64,000 nt of DNA from an uncultured Gammaproteobacteria bacterium (GTDB taxonomy: Bacteria > Patescibacteriota > Microgenomatia > UBA1406). Shown here piece by piece: positions 14,712 through 25,183 of the stretch; within the stretch, counting starts at the first letter, position 1, and every line of letters starts with the position of its first letter. The notes beneath the pieces were generated by a model, which was not told the DNA's origin, did no database searches, and was given only the letters and a program-made list of their open reading frames with translations. The translations under genes and the position numbers were made by a program. The stretch is taken from contig CAYPVH010000008.1 in NCBI GenBank assembly GCA_964414145.1, forward strand, positions 17,369 to 81,368, in the 5' to 3' direction.

Positions 14712-17075
14712 CTACAGTCTGGCTCGCTGGTTAATTTCTTGCTCTACCAGTTCTTTGGGTTTACCGTATTTAAGACTTGAAAGCTGGGCTACGGCGTCGG
14801 CAACTTTTTTATTTCGCTTTTTAGCCTCTTTAGCCATGTCTTTGCTCATATCTACATAGAAAGGCGAAACCGGATCGTTATCTATATTCGTTTTCATATA
14901 GGCACTAAAGCGCTCAATGTTTAAAAAGTCTGTTTCGTTGAAGGTTGGCTGAAATTCGTGTTGTAAATAATTGGCGTCAGTTACCCCAACCCGGAAGCCA
15001 ATAATAGTACCTACATTACCAAAAATAGCATTTTTAACTTCCTCGTCCATCTGCCCGATAAACTGATTGGCCACAACCAAGTTAAGCCGGTACTTTCGCG
15101 CCTCAGACAAAATGGTGGCAAAGTCTTGGGTAGCAAAATTTTGAAATTCGTCGACATAGAGAAAAAAGTCTTTTCTGTCTTCCTCTGGCATATCGGCTCG
15201 ACTCATGGCCGCAGCCAAAATTTTAGGAATTAGCACTAGCCCCAAAAAACTAGAGTTTTCTTCGCCTAGCTTTCCTTTAGACAAATTAATTATTAAAATT
15301 TTACCCTCATCCATCACCTTTCTAAAATCGAATGAACTTTTAGATTGGCCAATAATGTTTCGAACGCTTTTATTTGTAACAAACCGGCCAAACTTAGAAG
15401 CAATGTAGTCTAAAGTTTCGGATTTGTGAAAATCGCTGGTTTGGGCAATCTGATCGGTCCAGTAGCGCCGTATAATTGGATCCTTAACTTTTGGCAACAG
15501 TTGATTAACAAACTTAGGGTCGGTTAGAATACGGTTAACCTCAATAAAAGTATTGCCCTCTTCAGCCATAACCGTAAGCATGGCGTTTCGCACTGCGTGT
15601 TCAAACCGCGGACCAACAATTCCCGTTCGTTGCGGGTCGTATAGTTTATACATTAAGTTAATAATGGCGCTCGCCATGAAATGCTGTTGTTCTTCGGTAT
15701 GCGCTTCCATAATATTTAGACCCATTGGCCGTTCTGCGTTTGACGGATCAAAATAGATTACGTCTTCGGCCCGCTCGGGTGGAATAAATTCGAGTAATGC
15801 TTCGGCGGCATCGCCATGTGGGTCTATAAAACACAAACCCTTGCCATTATTAATGTCTTGGGAGAGCATCGACACTAAAAGTTGTGTTTTACCTACACCC
15901 GTTTTACCAATAATATAAACATGACGGCGGCGATCATTTTCACCAATAAAAACAGGGACTCTTTGACCTCTATACTTGGAAAAGCCGATAAAAATGCCAT
16001 CATTGGGCATATTGGCTGGCGCTGCAGCCCGCTTGGCTTTTAACCACTGAATATTTGGTGTTTCGATAGTTTTATTGGGAAAGTGGTAAAGACTAGCCAA
16101 CTCATCGGCGGCAAAAATCGATATACTTTGCCATCGCCAAAAATCCATTAAGGGGAATGTTCGATAGATAAAACCTAGCATGAAAAGGGGTTTAAGTAAA
16201 ATCCGTACCTTAGTAAAACTATTTAAGTCTGAGTTAAGTTGGGTAAAAGCGCCTTTAATGTTCTGGAGATGCATCGTAGCCATTTGCTTGTCGGGGCTGT
16301 TAACAACAAATCTAATTACCGTTTCAAAACCGGGTTTACTGCACTTGTCATCAATTTTGTCTAGAGTTTTTTGGTCTACCTTGTATGTGGCCTTTTCCGG
16401 GTTGGTTTCTTTTTTACGCATGTCGGAAACATAATCTTTACCTGCCTTTTTCCAGGAAGGTTCGGCCGGTCGAATTAAAAACTGAACAATTGCCCCCTCT
16501 TCTTGACCCATTTTAGAAAGCGCACTAATTAGGGCAGCCATTGAATCATTGGCAAGTTCTTTGTAGGTACGAATGGGATAATAAGCGGCTTCTTTTTGCC
16601 GTACCGCGCCGTACACCACCTTGCCATTTTTGGTGAAAACATTGGGTTCGTCGCAAACGGTAATATCGGCACTGGTATAGTTGGCATAGATCTGTTTTTC
16701 CACTAAATCTTTTAGCCTACTGGGAACGTGCAGATAAAAATCAATTTTGCCGTAGGAAGAAACCACTTCAAAAGCTAACGTTTCTTCAAGATTTATTTTG
16801 TGCATTAGTTTGGAAAAATAGTCATAGCTGTTCTTAAGTGAATAAAGCGAAGTGAATAGCTGTTCGGCAGCATCGATTTTAATTTCATTGTCTTTGGGTA
16901 ACCTTACCTTTAGAACTACCATGTCGAGTGCCCGCTCTTCCCGTTTCCCCATTTTATTTAAAACTATTGCCAACTGAAAAAGCAAAAATACTACTCCTGC
17001 CAGAGTAATTGCAGTAAAGAGCAGTAATACATAATACTGAGCTCTGATAATCGCTTCACCAGCTAATAATTCCAT
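14712..17075 (-). CDS. type IV secretion coupling-protein-like ATPase (VirD4/TraD/TraG family)
   Basis: N-terminal TM (YYVLLLFTAITLAGVVFLLFQLAIVL). Walker A HVYIIGKTGVGKTQLL. Walker B FFLYVDEFQNF. ARKYRLNLVVANQF is typical of the TraD/VirD4 C-terminal region. Confidence 0.75.
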   Translation of the reverse strand: MELLAGEAIIRAQYYVLLLFTAITLAGVVFLLFQLAIVLNKMGKREERALDMVVLKVRLPKDNEIKIDAAEQLFTSLYSLKNSYDYFSKLMHKINLEETLAFEVVSSYGKIDFYLHVPSRLKDLVEKQIYANYTSADITVCDEPNVFTKNGKVVYGAVRQKEAAYYPIRTYKELANDSMAALISALSKMGQEEGAIVQFLIRPAEPSWKKAGKDYVSDMRKKETNPEKATYKVDQKTLDKIDDKCSKPGFETVIRFVVNSPDKQMATMHLQNIKGAFTQLNSDLNSFTKVRILLKPLFMLGFIYRTFPLMDFWRWQSISIFAADELASLYHFPNKTIETPNIQWLKAKRAAAPANMPNDGIFIGFSKYRGQRVPVFIGENDRRRHVYIIGKTGVGKTQLLVSMLSQDINNGKGLCFIDPHGDAAEALLEFIPPERAEDVIYFDPSNAERPMGLNIMEAHTEEQQHFMASAIINLMYKLYDPQRTGIVGPRFEHAVRNAMLTVMAEEGNTFIEVNRILTDPKFVNQLLPKVKDPIIRRYWTDQIAQTSDFHKSETLDYIASKFGRFVTNKSVRNIIGQSKSSFDFRKVMDEGKILIINLSKGKLGEENSSFLGLVLIPKILAAAMSRADMPEEDRKDFFLYVDEFQNFATQDFATILSEARKYRLNLVVANQFIGQMDEEVKNAIFGNVGTIIGFRVGVTDANYLQHEFQPTFNETDFLNIERFSAYMKTNIDNDPVSPFYVDMSKDMAKEAKKRNKKVADAVAQLSSLKYGKPKELVEQEINQRARL

Positions 17076-17108
17076 ATATTCAGTATAGCAATTTTTGAGA
17101 GCAATGGG

Positions 17109-17184
17109 AGTTAAGAATTAGGATTTAAGATTTAAGAATTAGGAGTTAGGATAAGGAAAGATAAACTCGAAATCCGAAATAATC
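17109..17184. repeat. heptad repeat run
   Basis: ttaagaa ttaggat ttaagat ttaagaa ttaggag ttaggat, then ctcgaaatccgaaataatc. Confidence 0.6.
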
Positions 17185-17286
17185 TTATGGATTCCTGCTT
17201 TACGTCTTTTGCAATGCATATTAGATAATGTCTATTAAATACTGTCTATTGAATATTGGTTAATGAATAATAACTATTGAATCTGT

Positions 17287-18129
17287 TTACCAATTCTTGC
17301 CCGGCGCATAAGTAATGCCGCCCAAAACATAAACAGGTTGCATAAAGTAAAGTGGGGCGTAAGCATTTGAACCGGCAGAAGTTACCGAAATAAAGTAATT
17401 CAGTTCTCTAACAATCTGGTTATCTAGTTCTTGAACCTGGGCTTGCGAAGTAATTTTAGTGCCTTGGGCCGGAAAAGTAGCATTATTAATACTGTTAAAA
17501 ACAACTCCGACTTCGTTCTGATAGGCCGGAAATAGAACCAAATAATTATGATTAACGGTTGGGATAATGGTGGGTAAAGCTAATGTGGTTGAGTAATTTG
17601 TAGTTATTTCGCCGTTTGCACAACCACTGCTAACCCCACTTGTACCGTTTATAAACCTAGGGTTTTGAGACGCAGAACTGTTTATAACATAAGCTCGGTA
17701 AAGTTTACGTACGCCATTATCTGTATAATAATGAGCCGCAACAAAAGAAGTGTTGGGCTTATCCCAACAAAGTCTAACTTGATTTTGATTATAGCCGTTA
17801 AGATTAAAAATAAAACCTTCACCCGAATTTAACTTAACAGGTAATGTAAAGTGAGTTTGCCCGCTTTGAATATTAGTGCTAACATCTACGTTTGCTCGGC
17901 CAACATTTATTGAACCATCGGGATTGTCACCCTCTAGTATTTTTTTAAGTGCGTCTTCTATACCCGATTCTGCCGCATAATAAGCTTCTTTACTTTTTTG
18001 TTCAAGTGTAGCTTTTTTTTGCTCATATATAACTTGGGTCACCACGGAGGCCCCAATTACAGAGAATACCCCTAAAATAAGGAGGGTAATGATCACAATT
18101 TGTCCGGCCTGTTTTTTGCTATGTTTCAC
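17287..18129 (-). CDS. PilX-N-like pseudopilin/minor-pilin-like protein
   Basis: N-terminus KKQAGQIVIITLLILGVFSVIGASVV followed by KEAYYAAESGIEDAL, matching the PilX N-terminal pattern (hydrophobic anchor ... AfyaAEaG). Confidence 0.5.
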   Translation of the reverse strand: MKHSKKQAGQIVIITLLILGVFSVIGASVVTQVIYEQKKATLEQKSKEAYYAAESGIEDALKKILEGDNPDGSINVGRANVDVSTNIQSGQTHFTLPVKLNSGEGFIFNLNGYNQNQVRLCWDKPNTSFVAAHYYTDNGVRKLYRAYVINSSASQNPRFINGTSGVSSGCANGEITTNYSTTLALPTIIPTVNHNYLVLFPAYQNEVGVVFNSINNATFPAQGTKITSQAQVQELDNQIVRELNYFISVTSAGSNAYAPLYFMQPVYVLGGITYAPGKNW

Positions 18130-18234
18130 TTTATTTATTTATTTTTTAATTTTTAACTTTTGACTAATAAGTTCACCAGGCATTCGTATTATTGTATTTA
18201 ATTCTAAATTTTTAACTTTTAATTTTAAATTAAC

Positions 18235-21200
18235 TTAATATTCTCCCAGCCACAACTTTTGTACATCAACCATACCTACTCCAGACGCCTCTAGTGCCGC
18301 AATTATTGTTGGCTCATAAATAAACCTAACAGCTGGAGCATAGTTATTAGCGGCGCCCATAGAGCGCTCCACATTGATATAACCACCAACAGCTAAAGCG
18401 CCATGAATTTCTAACTGATCACTCAAGTCGGCTCCGTCATAGTTAGGTACATTATCGTCTAGAATTGTAACGTTGCCCAAAACCAAGAACAATCCTTCTA
18501 AACGAGTAACTGAGGCATTAACTGTCATGTTACCGCTAACAACAAAAACTGCATATTCATCACTTTCCAAATCAAAGTTTGTGTTTACTGTAAAATTGTT
18601 GTCTATAAAATAAGTATGATTAACCGCGTTGCCGGAAATTGCACTCATGCTGGTTGCTGTAGTAACTTCGGTATAGGTACCAGCATCTTCATATTTTGCC
18701 AAAACATCGCTGTAGGAAGGCAGAACAAAAACAGAAAACGGCTCACTGGCCGCTTGTGAATACCAATTATTGGGGCTACCATAAACCGAGCTGTCAAAAA
18801 CTGTTATTGATCCATTAGCGACAGGCGTGCCATTTGTAACACTATCGATAACAGATGAGAAATAACAGCCGGCGCAAGTGGTTGGTTCTATATTGATTTC
18901 TATACTATTATTTAAAAATAGGTGCCCATCCACAACCTGTGACCAAACATTGCCAATTTCCTTTAAACCAAAGGCGGCTTCGGAATAACTGCTGTTGGCC
19001 GGATTAACACCACCATTTCTGTAAATTGCGTTTTGGATTTCACCTTGAATTACTTCACCGCCTGCGTCGTAGCAACTGCCGCCATAGCGCTGAGCATCCA
19101 TAGAAACAATAAAGTGATCGGAATTTGAGTCTGCCATTTTATAGTTAACTCTGTAGTTACTTGAATTATAGTAGTTGTAGGGCTGGTATGTACTGCTACC
19201 CTTCCACGTAGTAATGGGGTTATCCCATTCAGCAGATACCGGATTATATGTTGCGGTAATATTGTAATTTGGAAGAGTAGTTAGAGCAGATTTATTGGCA
19301 ACACAAATGTCGCTGGGCGAATCCACCTCATAAAAGTTGCCAACAACCGTAACATCTTTGCCGTTCCAGAAATCGATATTAGAGGCAAGCGTAACCTCAC
19401 CGGTAGTTTGCCCTGCAAAGTCGGTCGCTTGAGCAGTAATATTACCCAAAAATTCCCCACCCTGGGAAATTGCCGACATATCTAAAATAAAATTAACGGT
19501 TAGCACATCACTTGAAGGCAAGCCCCCACTTTGGGGAATGCTGTAGGTACAAGAGCTAAAAAGACCCGAAAGCGTACCCGAAGCCACAAAAGCAGGGGTA
19601 TCAGCGATACTTGGATTATCTGTGTAAGTACAAACCGCAACTGCCGTACCACCGGCATTTCTGACCCGTACAATAATTTGGTTAAGATCGGACTTTTTAT
19701 TGGCTTGAGCCGGGCTGCCTTTACGCAAAACATTAGTTTCGTCGTCTGTAACTGTAAAGGTACCGTTAACCAGTCGGTTACGATTTGTGTCACGGTCAAC
19801 AATAATGTCTTGATTATTACACGAGGCGCCGGTACAAGAACTGTCACCGGCACCACCGCCCAATGTTAGTGTTCCTAATGTTGGTGCGTCTTCTTCGTAA
19901 TACAAGGCAACTGCTTTATCTGTTATACAGGTTGGTATTCCCATTGGGTATACAGTTTGCCTGAGTCCACCTTCGTTTAATGTGCGATCACTGTCGCCAT
20001 CTTGATCATAACCAACTGAACCTAAAAAATTAGTAAAGTTAGCCCCAGAAATGTAATAACCTTGGCTTGCAGAAGTAATATTTAATGCTGTGTTATAAGG
20101 TAAGTAATATGTTCCGGGACTGGTCCGAGACAAGGCGTTATAAAGAGTTGATAAACTAGCAACTGTTGGACTGGCATTACCAGTTTTTGTTATACTGCTA
20201 GTTACCGAAACATTAGTTCCATTCCAAACTTCAATAGCTTCCCCGGCGTTTCCACTACAGTCATCATCTGTTGCTAAAAAATCACCTGTGCCAATCATTA
20301 AAGCTCTGCCTGTTTCGATAGAAGTAAAATCTATTGCTCTAGTGTATATGTTACTTAAAACAGCTGAATTATTAGGAAGCGCTGAAACATTTAGACTAAA
20401 ATCAACATATAAATATTTGTTGTCTACGCTTCTGCTTCTTGAAGTAGCACTAATTGAAAGGTTGCCAGCGAGTGTACCCGCATTTGTTGGGTCTTCAACA
20501 GTACTGAATGTGCCATCACCGTTATCGGTGTAGCGGATTCGATAATAATAATCATCGCCACCATCAGCGTTGTTGTCGAAAATAATCCAGGCGTTTTGAA
20601 TGTCTGTAAAGTTGCTGCCGGTTGGGGTGTTTGGGTCGTAAAATGTAGCCCTAATTGGAATAATTTTGTTGTTATCTGTATCTAGATTTTTAATAATATC
20701 AGTGCCGTCACATGAATGATTGGTACAGGCTTCGGCTTCGCCATAAGCAAGATTAACGCTTTCTAAACTGGGAATACCAATTAGAAGACCATTAAGCGGG
20801 GCCGTTGTTGTTGAACAGTTATTGGTTCCGGTTACATACCAATTATAGCTGCGACCGGCGGTTGCCGACAAGACATATGTTTGAACCCCTGAGCCACCAA
20901 CCCCTATGTTGGAATTAATATTTTCGGAAATGTCCGGATTTAGCCCGGTTGACAAGTCGTCTATAACAAGGTTGTTTGTTTCGTTACATGCGTTAGCAGT
21001 CCAACTTAACACCACTTGGTAAGCAGTGCCATTACCAGAATAAGTAGGAATACTTGGGATTAATGGGGTAGCACTAGGGGCGTCATAACAGCCAGCTGAA
21101 CAATAATAAGTACAATAATGAGTACTACCGTCACAGCAACTGCCACAGTTATGAAGCTGTGCCTTGGTTTGGGAAGGGATCAATGCAATAACAACCAGCA

Positions 21201-21240
21201 TAATAACTATAACCATCAACACTCTTACTGGTATCTTCAT
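18235..21240 (-). CDS. 1001-aa secreted, Cys/Asn/Thr-rich putative adhesin or pilus-associated surface protein
   Basis: Likely start at ATG 21240 (MKIPVRVLMVIVIMLVVIALIPSQTKA signal peptide). Cys-rich N-terminal knot HNCGSCCDGSTHYCTYYCSAGC. No enzyme motifs recognised. Confidence 0.55.
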   Translation of the reverse strand: MKIPVRVLMVIVIMLVVIALIPSQTKAQLHNCGSCCDGSTHYCTYYCSAGCYDAPSATPLIPSIPTYSGNGTAYQVVLSWTANACNETNNLVIDDLSTGLNPDISENINSNIGVGGSGVQTYVLSATAGRSYNWYVTGTNNCSTTTAPLNGLLIGIPSLESVNLAYGEAEACTNHSCDGTDIIKNLDTDNNKIIPIRATFYDPNTPTGSNFTDIQNAWIIFDNNADGGDDYYYRIRYTDNGDGTFSTVEDPTNAGTLAGNLSISATSRSRSVDNKYLYVDFSLNVSALPNNSAVLSNIYTRAIDFTSIETGRALMIGTGDFLATDDDCSGNAGEAIEVWNGTNVSVTSSITKTGNASPTVASLSTLYNALSRTSPGTYYLPYNTALNITSASQGYYISGANFTNFLGSVGYDQDGDSDRTLNEGGLRQTVYPMGIPTCITDKAVALYYEEDAPTLGTLTLGGGAGDSSCTGASCNNQDIIVDRDTNRNRLVNGTFTVTDDETNVLRKGSPAQANKKSDLNQIIVRVRNAGGTAVAVCTYTDNPSIADTPAFVASGTLSGLFSSCTYSIPQSGGLPSSDVLTVNFILDMSAISQGGEFLGNITAQATDFAGQTTGEVTLASNIDFWNGKDVTVVGNFYEVDSPSDICVANKSALTTLPNYNITATYNPVSAEWDNPITTWKGSSTYQPYNYYNSSNYRVNYKMADSNSDHFIVSMDAQRYGGSCYDAGGEVIQGEIQNAIYRNGGVNPANSSYSEAAFGLKEIGNVWSQVVDGHLFLNNSIEINIEPTTCAGCYFSSVIDSVTNGTPVANGSITVFDSSVYGSPNNWYSQAASEPFSVFVLPSYSDVLAKYEDAGTYTEVTTATSMSAISGNAVNHTYFIDNNFTVNTNFDLESDEYAVFVVSGNMTVNASVTRLEGLFLVLGNVTILDDNVPNYDGADLSDQLEIHGALAVGGYINVERSMGAANNYAPAVRFIYEPTIIAALEASGVGMVDVQKLWLGEY

Positions 21241-21297
21241 TAATAAAAGAATAGCAGAAAAATAAAAATCAAACAATTAGTTAAAATAGTTATATTT

Positions 21298-22932
21298 ATG
21301 CAGAAACTAACTTCTTTGCTATTTGTTGCAATTATTACAATTACCCTAATTATTGAGGGCTTGGGGCTTAGGGGTGCAAGATTCATAATCCCTTATGTTT
21401 TTTTACTTTTTCCCCTGTTACTAGGCATAATTTCACTTGAAGACCCCGTTAAACTGCCCCGAAGCCTAGCACTGCCTTTTTCTGTTTTTGTAGTTTTCCT
21501 TTTTGTTTCAACACTGTTTTCAACTGACATTACCTTATCTGTTAACCAATTTTTTGTACTAATTGGCACGCTTGCAGCTTTCATTTTGGCTTATAACTAT
21601 AGAAAAAAAGAGAAAGCTGTGCTAAATATAGTTATATTTGCTTCATTGTTCTTTGTAGCTTACTATTTTTATTCAATGTTGCCTTTTACCAACACTCTAC
21701 CCCAAACAAATGATGGTTATAATTTGGTTAACCCAACCTTTTTTAAACATAACCATTTGGGAGATATTTTATCTGTATTTGCCGTAATTCTTTTATTCTA
21801 CTTTTTAAAAGGGAAGTTTAGAATAATAACAGCAACAGTTGTGTTTTTACTTCTACCCCTAATTTTTTATTCTTATTCCCGCTCAAGTTATTTAAGTTTG
21901 GCTATAACCAGTGGGGCTTTACTGGTAATGTATTTAAGAAATAAAAGAATTACAGTTAACAAAAATGTGATGTTATTGCTATTAAATGCAATTGTAATAA
22001 CAACTGTTTTTTTGTTTGTTTCAACCAAGGTTTCAACTAATAACCTGGCAAATAGCCCCCAATTTGCCAAACCCATTTTAAACGGTCGGGAACATTACTG
22101 GAGTCAGGCACTCCGAACTATTAAAGAAAATCCCCTTTTGGGGGTTGGTCCGGGAGCGTTTATAAATGCCTCTAAAAAATATGGCGCTATACCATTTGTG
22201 TGGGTCGAGTCTTCTATTAACATTTTTTTGGATATGTTTAGCGAAGGCGGAGTATTTTTAGGATTAGCATTTGTAGTAATTATTTACTTATTAATTAAAG
22301 GGGTAGACAAAACAAAGTTGCCTTTTTATGTAATGCTTTGCCTACTAATAAACTTTCAGACCGATTATACCTACCGAATTTATTCATTACTTTTACTCTT
22401 TTTTGTTTTTGCAGCCTATGGATATAAAAAAGATAAAAACGAGATATCTATTTCCCGCAAATTAACCGTAACTGCTTCCCTGATTGCATTTATGGTTTTG
22501 CAACTGGTCTTTTTTAGTAATCTGTTTTACAACAAAGGGTATTACAGCACTGCCCTACTTCTTAACCCACTTAACCCTTCAAGCTATGAGCAGTTGTTAA
22601 TTGAGAACATTACAAGAGGTGATATTCAGAGTACTTTAAAACTATTAGATAAATACAAAAATTTAAGAAAGGGTAATTCCAGTTTTAGGGCCGATATAGG
22701 CAGAATCTATTATGGCTTAGGATACAAGCAAGAAGCGCTTAAGCAATACGAGAGGGCTTACAGCTGGTTTGCCTTTGAGGGCTTAACTATTTACCAAGAT
22801 ATTTATGCATTAAAGAAAGAGCTTTATGGTAAAAGGGAGGCCGATAAGTTTATAGAACTACATAAACAAAAAGTAGCCCAAATTGAAAAGGGCGGGCCAT
22901 ATAGCCAGCAGATTGAAAATATAAGTTATTAA
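21298..22932 (+). CDS. O-antigen ligase/polymerase (Wzy_C)-like membrane protein with a C-terminal TPR-like tail
   Basis: At least 10 TM helices. YSYSRSSYLSLAITSGALLVMY and GVGPGAF motifs are typical of the Wzy_C family. The soluble C-terminus (YYGLGYKQEALKQYERAY) is TPR-like. Confidence 0.6.
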   Translation: MQKLTSLLFVAIITITLIIEGLGLRGARFIIPYVFLLFPLLLGIISLEDPVKLPRSLALPFSVFVVFLFVSTLFSTDITLSVNQFFVLIGTLAAFILAYNYRKKEKAVLNIVIFASLFFVAYYFYSMLPFTNTLPQTNDGYNLVNPTFFKHNHLGDILSVFAVILLFYFLKGKFRIITATVVFLLLPLIFYSYSRSSYLSLAITSGALLVMYLRNKRITVNKNVMLLLLNAIVITTVFLFVSTKVSTNNLANSPQFAKPILNGREHYWSQALRTIKENPLLGVGPGAFINASKKYGAIPFVWVESSINIFLDMFSEGGVFLGLAFVVIIYLLIKGVDKTKLPFYVMLCLLINFQTDYTYRIYSLLLLFFVFAAYGYKKDKNEISISRKLTVTASLIAFMVLQLVFFSNLFYNKGYYSTALLLNPLNPSSYEQLLIENITRGDIQSTLKLLDKYKNLRKGNSSFRADIGRIYYGLGYKQEALKQYERAYSWFAFEGLTIYQDIYALKKELYGKREADKFIELHKQKVAQIEKGGPYSQQIENISY

Positions 22933-22957
22933 TAATCCCTAACCACCAGGAGTTGAG

Positions 22958-24379
22958 ATGAAATCAATTAAATCTATTCCTATGATTGCTTACATTATTC
23001 TTCTTTTGGTACTGCTGAATATTGTAATATTCAGCAAAATATACTCAATAGAAAAGTCTAAAAAATTAAACATAATATTAATCTCAATAGATGCGCTTCG
23101 GTCTGATCACATGGGAATATACGGTTACCACAAAAACACAACCCCCAATATTGATAATTTTTTTAAAGACGCTTATGTTTTTACCAACACCTATACCGGC
23201 ACACCTAAAACTTACGCCTCGTTAGTTAGTATGTTTGCCGGTTTGGAACCCGCCTATACTAAGCTTTTTAACTATACCGGCACACCTTTGGCCAGTAACA
23301 TAGATACGGTAACAAAGGTTTTAAAAAAAAGCGGCTTTACTACCGGAGCTTTTATTACCAATAATTTTATTGCCTATACCACTAAAGGTAAACTAACTAA
23401 TTTACAGCTGGGTTTTGATAATTTTAGCTACTTAAAAGGTTATTACCAGTATAATTTTTCGCCCCTCTTTGACTACTACACTCCAGGAAAAACTGCCAAT
23501 AGGAATTACTTGGAGACAAGTTTAGGTAAATTTAATAGCTGGATTGATAAAAATAAAAAAAATAAAATATTTGCATGGTTTCACTTAATAGATCCGCACG
23601 CCCCATATATTCCGCCTCAATGGCAACTTTGCCGGCAAAACAAAAAGTACTGTAATAAAGCAACTTATGAAGAGTTAGTAATCAGCAGAGAACTTCAGCG
23701 AGAAAAAAACAAAGGCCAGCCAAGCGGTTGCAGTACCAAAACCGAAAGCAAAGCAGATAATATAGCAATTATGGTCCTTTACGACGAGGAGATAGAATAT
23801 ACCGATAGATTGGTAGGAACAATTTTTAAAACATTGGAAAAGCAAGGCTTGGTTGAAAATAGCATTATTGTACTAACCACCGACCACGGAGAAGGCTTTG
23901 ACCACGACTACTACTTTCAACATGGCACACTATATGACAGTAATGTAAAGTTGCCGCTACTGATTAAGTTCCCCGGAAAAAAAGGTTACCGGGAAGACCG
24001 GTTAATTCAAAACACAGATATTCTGCCCACGCTACTTGCCCTGGCAGGCAGGAAAATAAACAACCAAAATACAAGCCAGTATTTGTTTACAGATGTTTTT
24101 GAAAAAAATATATTTAACTTTTTTGGACTTTTTAACAAAACAAGACCATTTGTAATTGGCTACAACCACTTTCTTAAATATTTTTCGCTTACTACCGATG
24201 AGTACAAATATATCTATTCTAAAGAACCAAACTGCTTGTATACCGGTAGTACTGAAGAGTTGTACAACTTAAAAAACGACCAGCAAGACATGAATAATGT
24301 TGCCGAAATTGAAAAAGAAGTAAAACAAGAATTAAGAGAAAAATTAATGCAATATTTAAAGAAGGCAAAAATTAATTAA
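22958..24379 (+). CDS. membrane-anchored sulfatase-like hydrolase/transferase (alkaline phosphatase superfamily)
   Basis: NIILISIDALRSDHMGIYGYHKNTTPNIDNF, TGTPKTYASLVSMFAG (Thr at the nucleophile position) and LTTDHGEGF. Confidence 0.8.
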   Translation: MKSIKSIPMIAYIILLLVLLNIVIFSKIYSIEKSKKLNIILISIDALRSDHMGIYGYHKNTTPNIDNFFKDAYVFTNTYTGTPKTYASLVSMFAGLEPAYTKLFNYTGTPLASNIDTVTKVLKKSGFTTGAFITNNFIAYTTKGKLTNLQLGFDNFSYLKGYYQYNFSPLFDYYTPGKTANRNYLETSLGKFNSWIDKNKKNKIFAWFHLIDPHAPYIPPQWQLCRQNKKYCNKATYEELVISRELQREKNKGQPSGCSTKTESKADNIAIMVLYDEEIEYTDRLVGTIFKTLEKQGLVENSIIVLTTDHGEGFDHDYYFQHGTLYDSNVKLPLLIKFPGKKGYREDRLIQNTDILPTLLALAGRKINNQNTSQYLFTDVFEKNIFNFFGLFNKTRPFVIGYNHFLKYFSLTTDEYKYIYSKEPNCLYTGSTEELYNLKNDQQDMNNVAEIEKEVKQELREKLMQYLKKAKIN

Positions 24380-24385
24380 TGTAGC

Positions 24386-24664
24386 TTATAGGCGGCATCT
24401 GATAGTTAAGATTTTTTCGGCAAAACGGAGCCGTTTATGAGGGTCTTTAAGGCTATCACCGAGTTCTTTTTTAAGAGTAATTAATTCGGCTTTTAAGTTA
24501 GATTCGTGTTTATTTAGCTCAAGTTTATTAAAGTCGAGTTCGGCGTGATGAATAAATTCCATCACAGACACTATTGAGATGCTTTTATTAATATAGCCAA
24601 CCATTGTTGCCACCCGATGCAAATCCATTTTAATTGATTCAATAGCAAATTTTTTTTTGTTCAT
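24386..24664 (-). CDS. hypothetical 92-aa protein, translationally coupled to the upstream gene
   Basis: ATGA start/stop overlap with 24661..24993. Helical, charged sequence. No family recognised. Confidence 0.45.
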   Translation of the reverse strand: MNKKKFAIESIKMDLHRVATMVGYINKSISIVSVMEFIHHAELDFNKLELNKHESNLKAELITLKKELGDSLKDPHKRLRFAEKILTIRCRL

Positions 24665-24993
24665 CTGGCTATGTATTTTTTTATTAACTGTTCCAGTTTG
24701 TTTCTGATTTTTGGGTCTGAGATTTCGTATGTTAAACGGCTCAAAGCCGGTTTATAGTTACTAAGCGCCATATATTCAGTTTCTTTTGTACTGATTCTGT
24801 AACCACCGCCATATAAGTTTTCTTGGCGACTGCCAGACTTTATGAGCACCTCTTCGCAATCTATATGATATTCACCGCCAACTGCCATAATGTTCTTTTC
24901 AATATCTATAACTACTTTAATGTAATCTTTGTAAACCTCTCTTGCTTTTTTAAACTGCTTTTCTGTAGCTTTTTGGCTGAGAACAATAATCAT
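24661..24993 (-). CDS. small conserved hypothetical protein (DUF5674-like by recollection)
   Basis: Probable start ATG 24993 (MIIVLSQKATEKQFKKAREVYKDYIKVVIDIEKNIMAVGGEYHIDCEEVL...). The track ORF extends to 25056. Confidence 0.45.
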   Translation of the reverse strand: MIIVLSQKATEKQFKKAREVYKDYIKVVIDIEKNIMAVGGEYHIDCEEVLIKSGSRQENLYGGGYRISTKETEYMALSNYKPALSRLTYEISDPKIRNKLEQLIKKYIAR

Positions 24994-25030
24994 AGATAAA
25001 TTATAACAAAGACAACTGTGGTATTTTGCA

Positions 25031-25183
25031 TTAATACGACCGGTACCAAATATCATTATGGTGTTCTTTAGCCGAGATCCAGCCCAATAGACTGGCTAAA
25101 ATAAGACCGGGAATAAAAATAGCCGGGATACCAAGAGTAGTTAAAAGCGAACTAGTAAGCTGACCCTGCTTTTTGTGAGTCAT
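25031..25183 (-). CDS. possible 50-aa single-TM peptide
   Basis: Own translation: MTHKKQGQLTSSLLTTLGIPAIFIPGLILASLLGWISAKEHHNDIWYRSY. Below the track cutoff. It sits first in the apparent three-gene minus-strand unit. No clear SD. Confidence 0.25.
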   Translation of the reverse strand: MTHKKQGQLTSSLLTTLGIPAIFIPGLILASLLGWISAKEHHNDIWYRSY

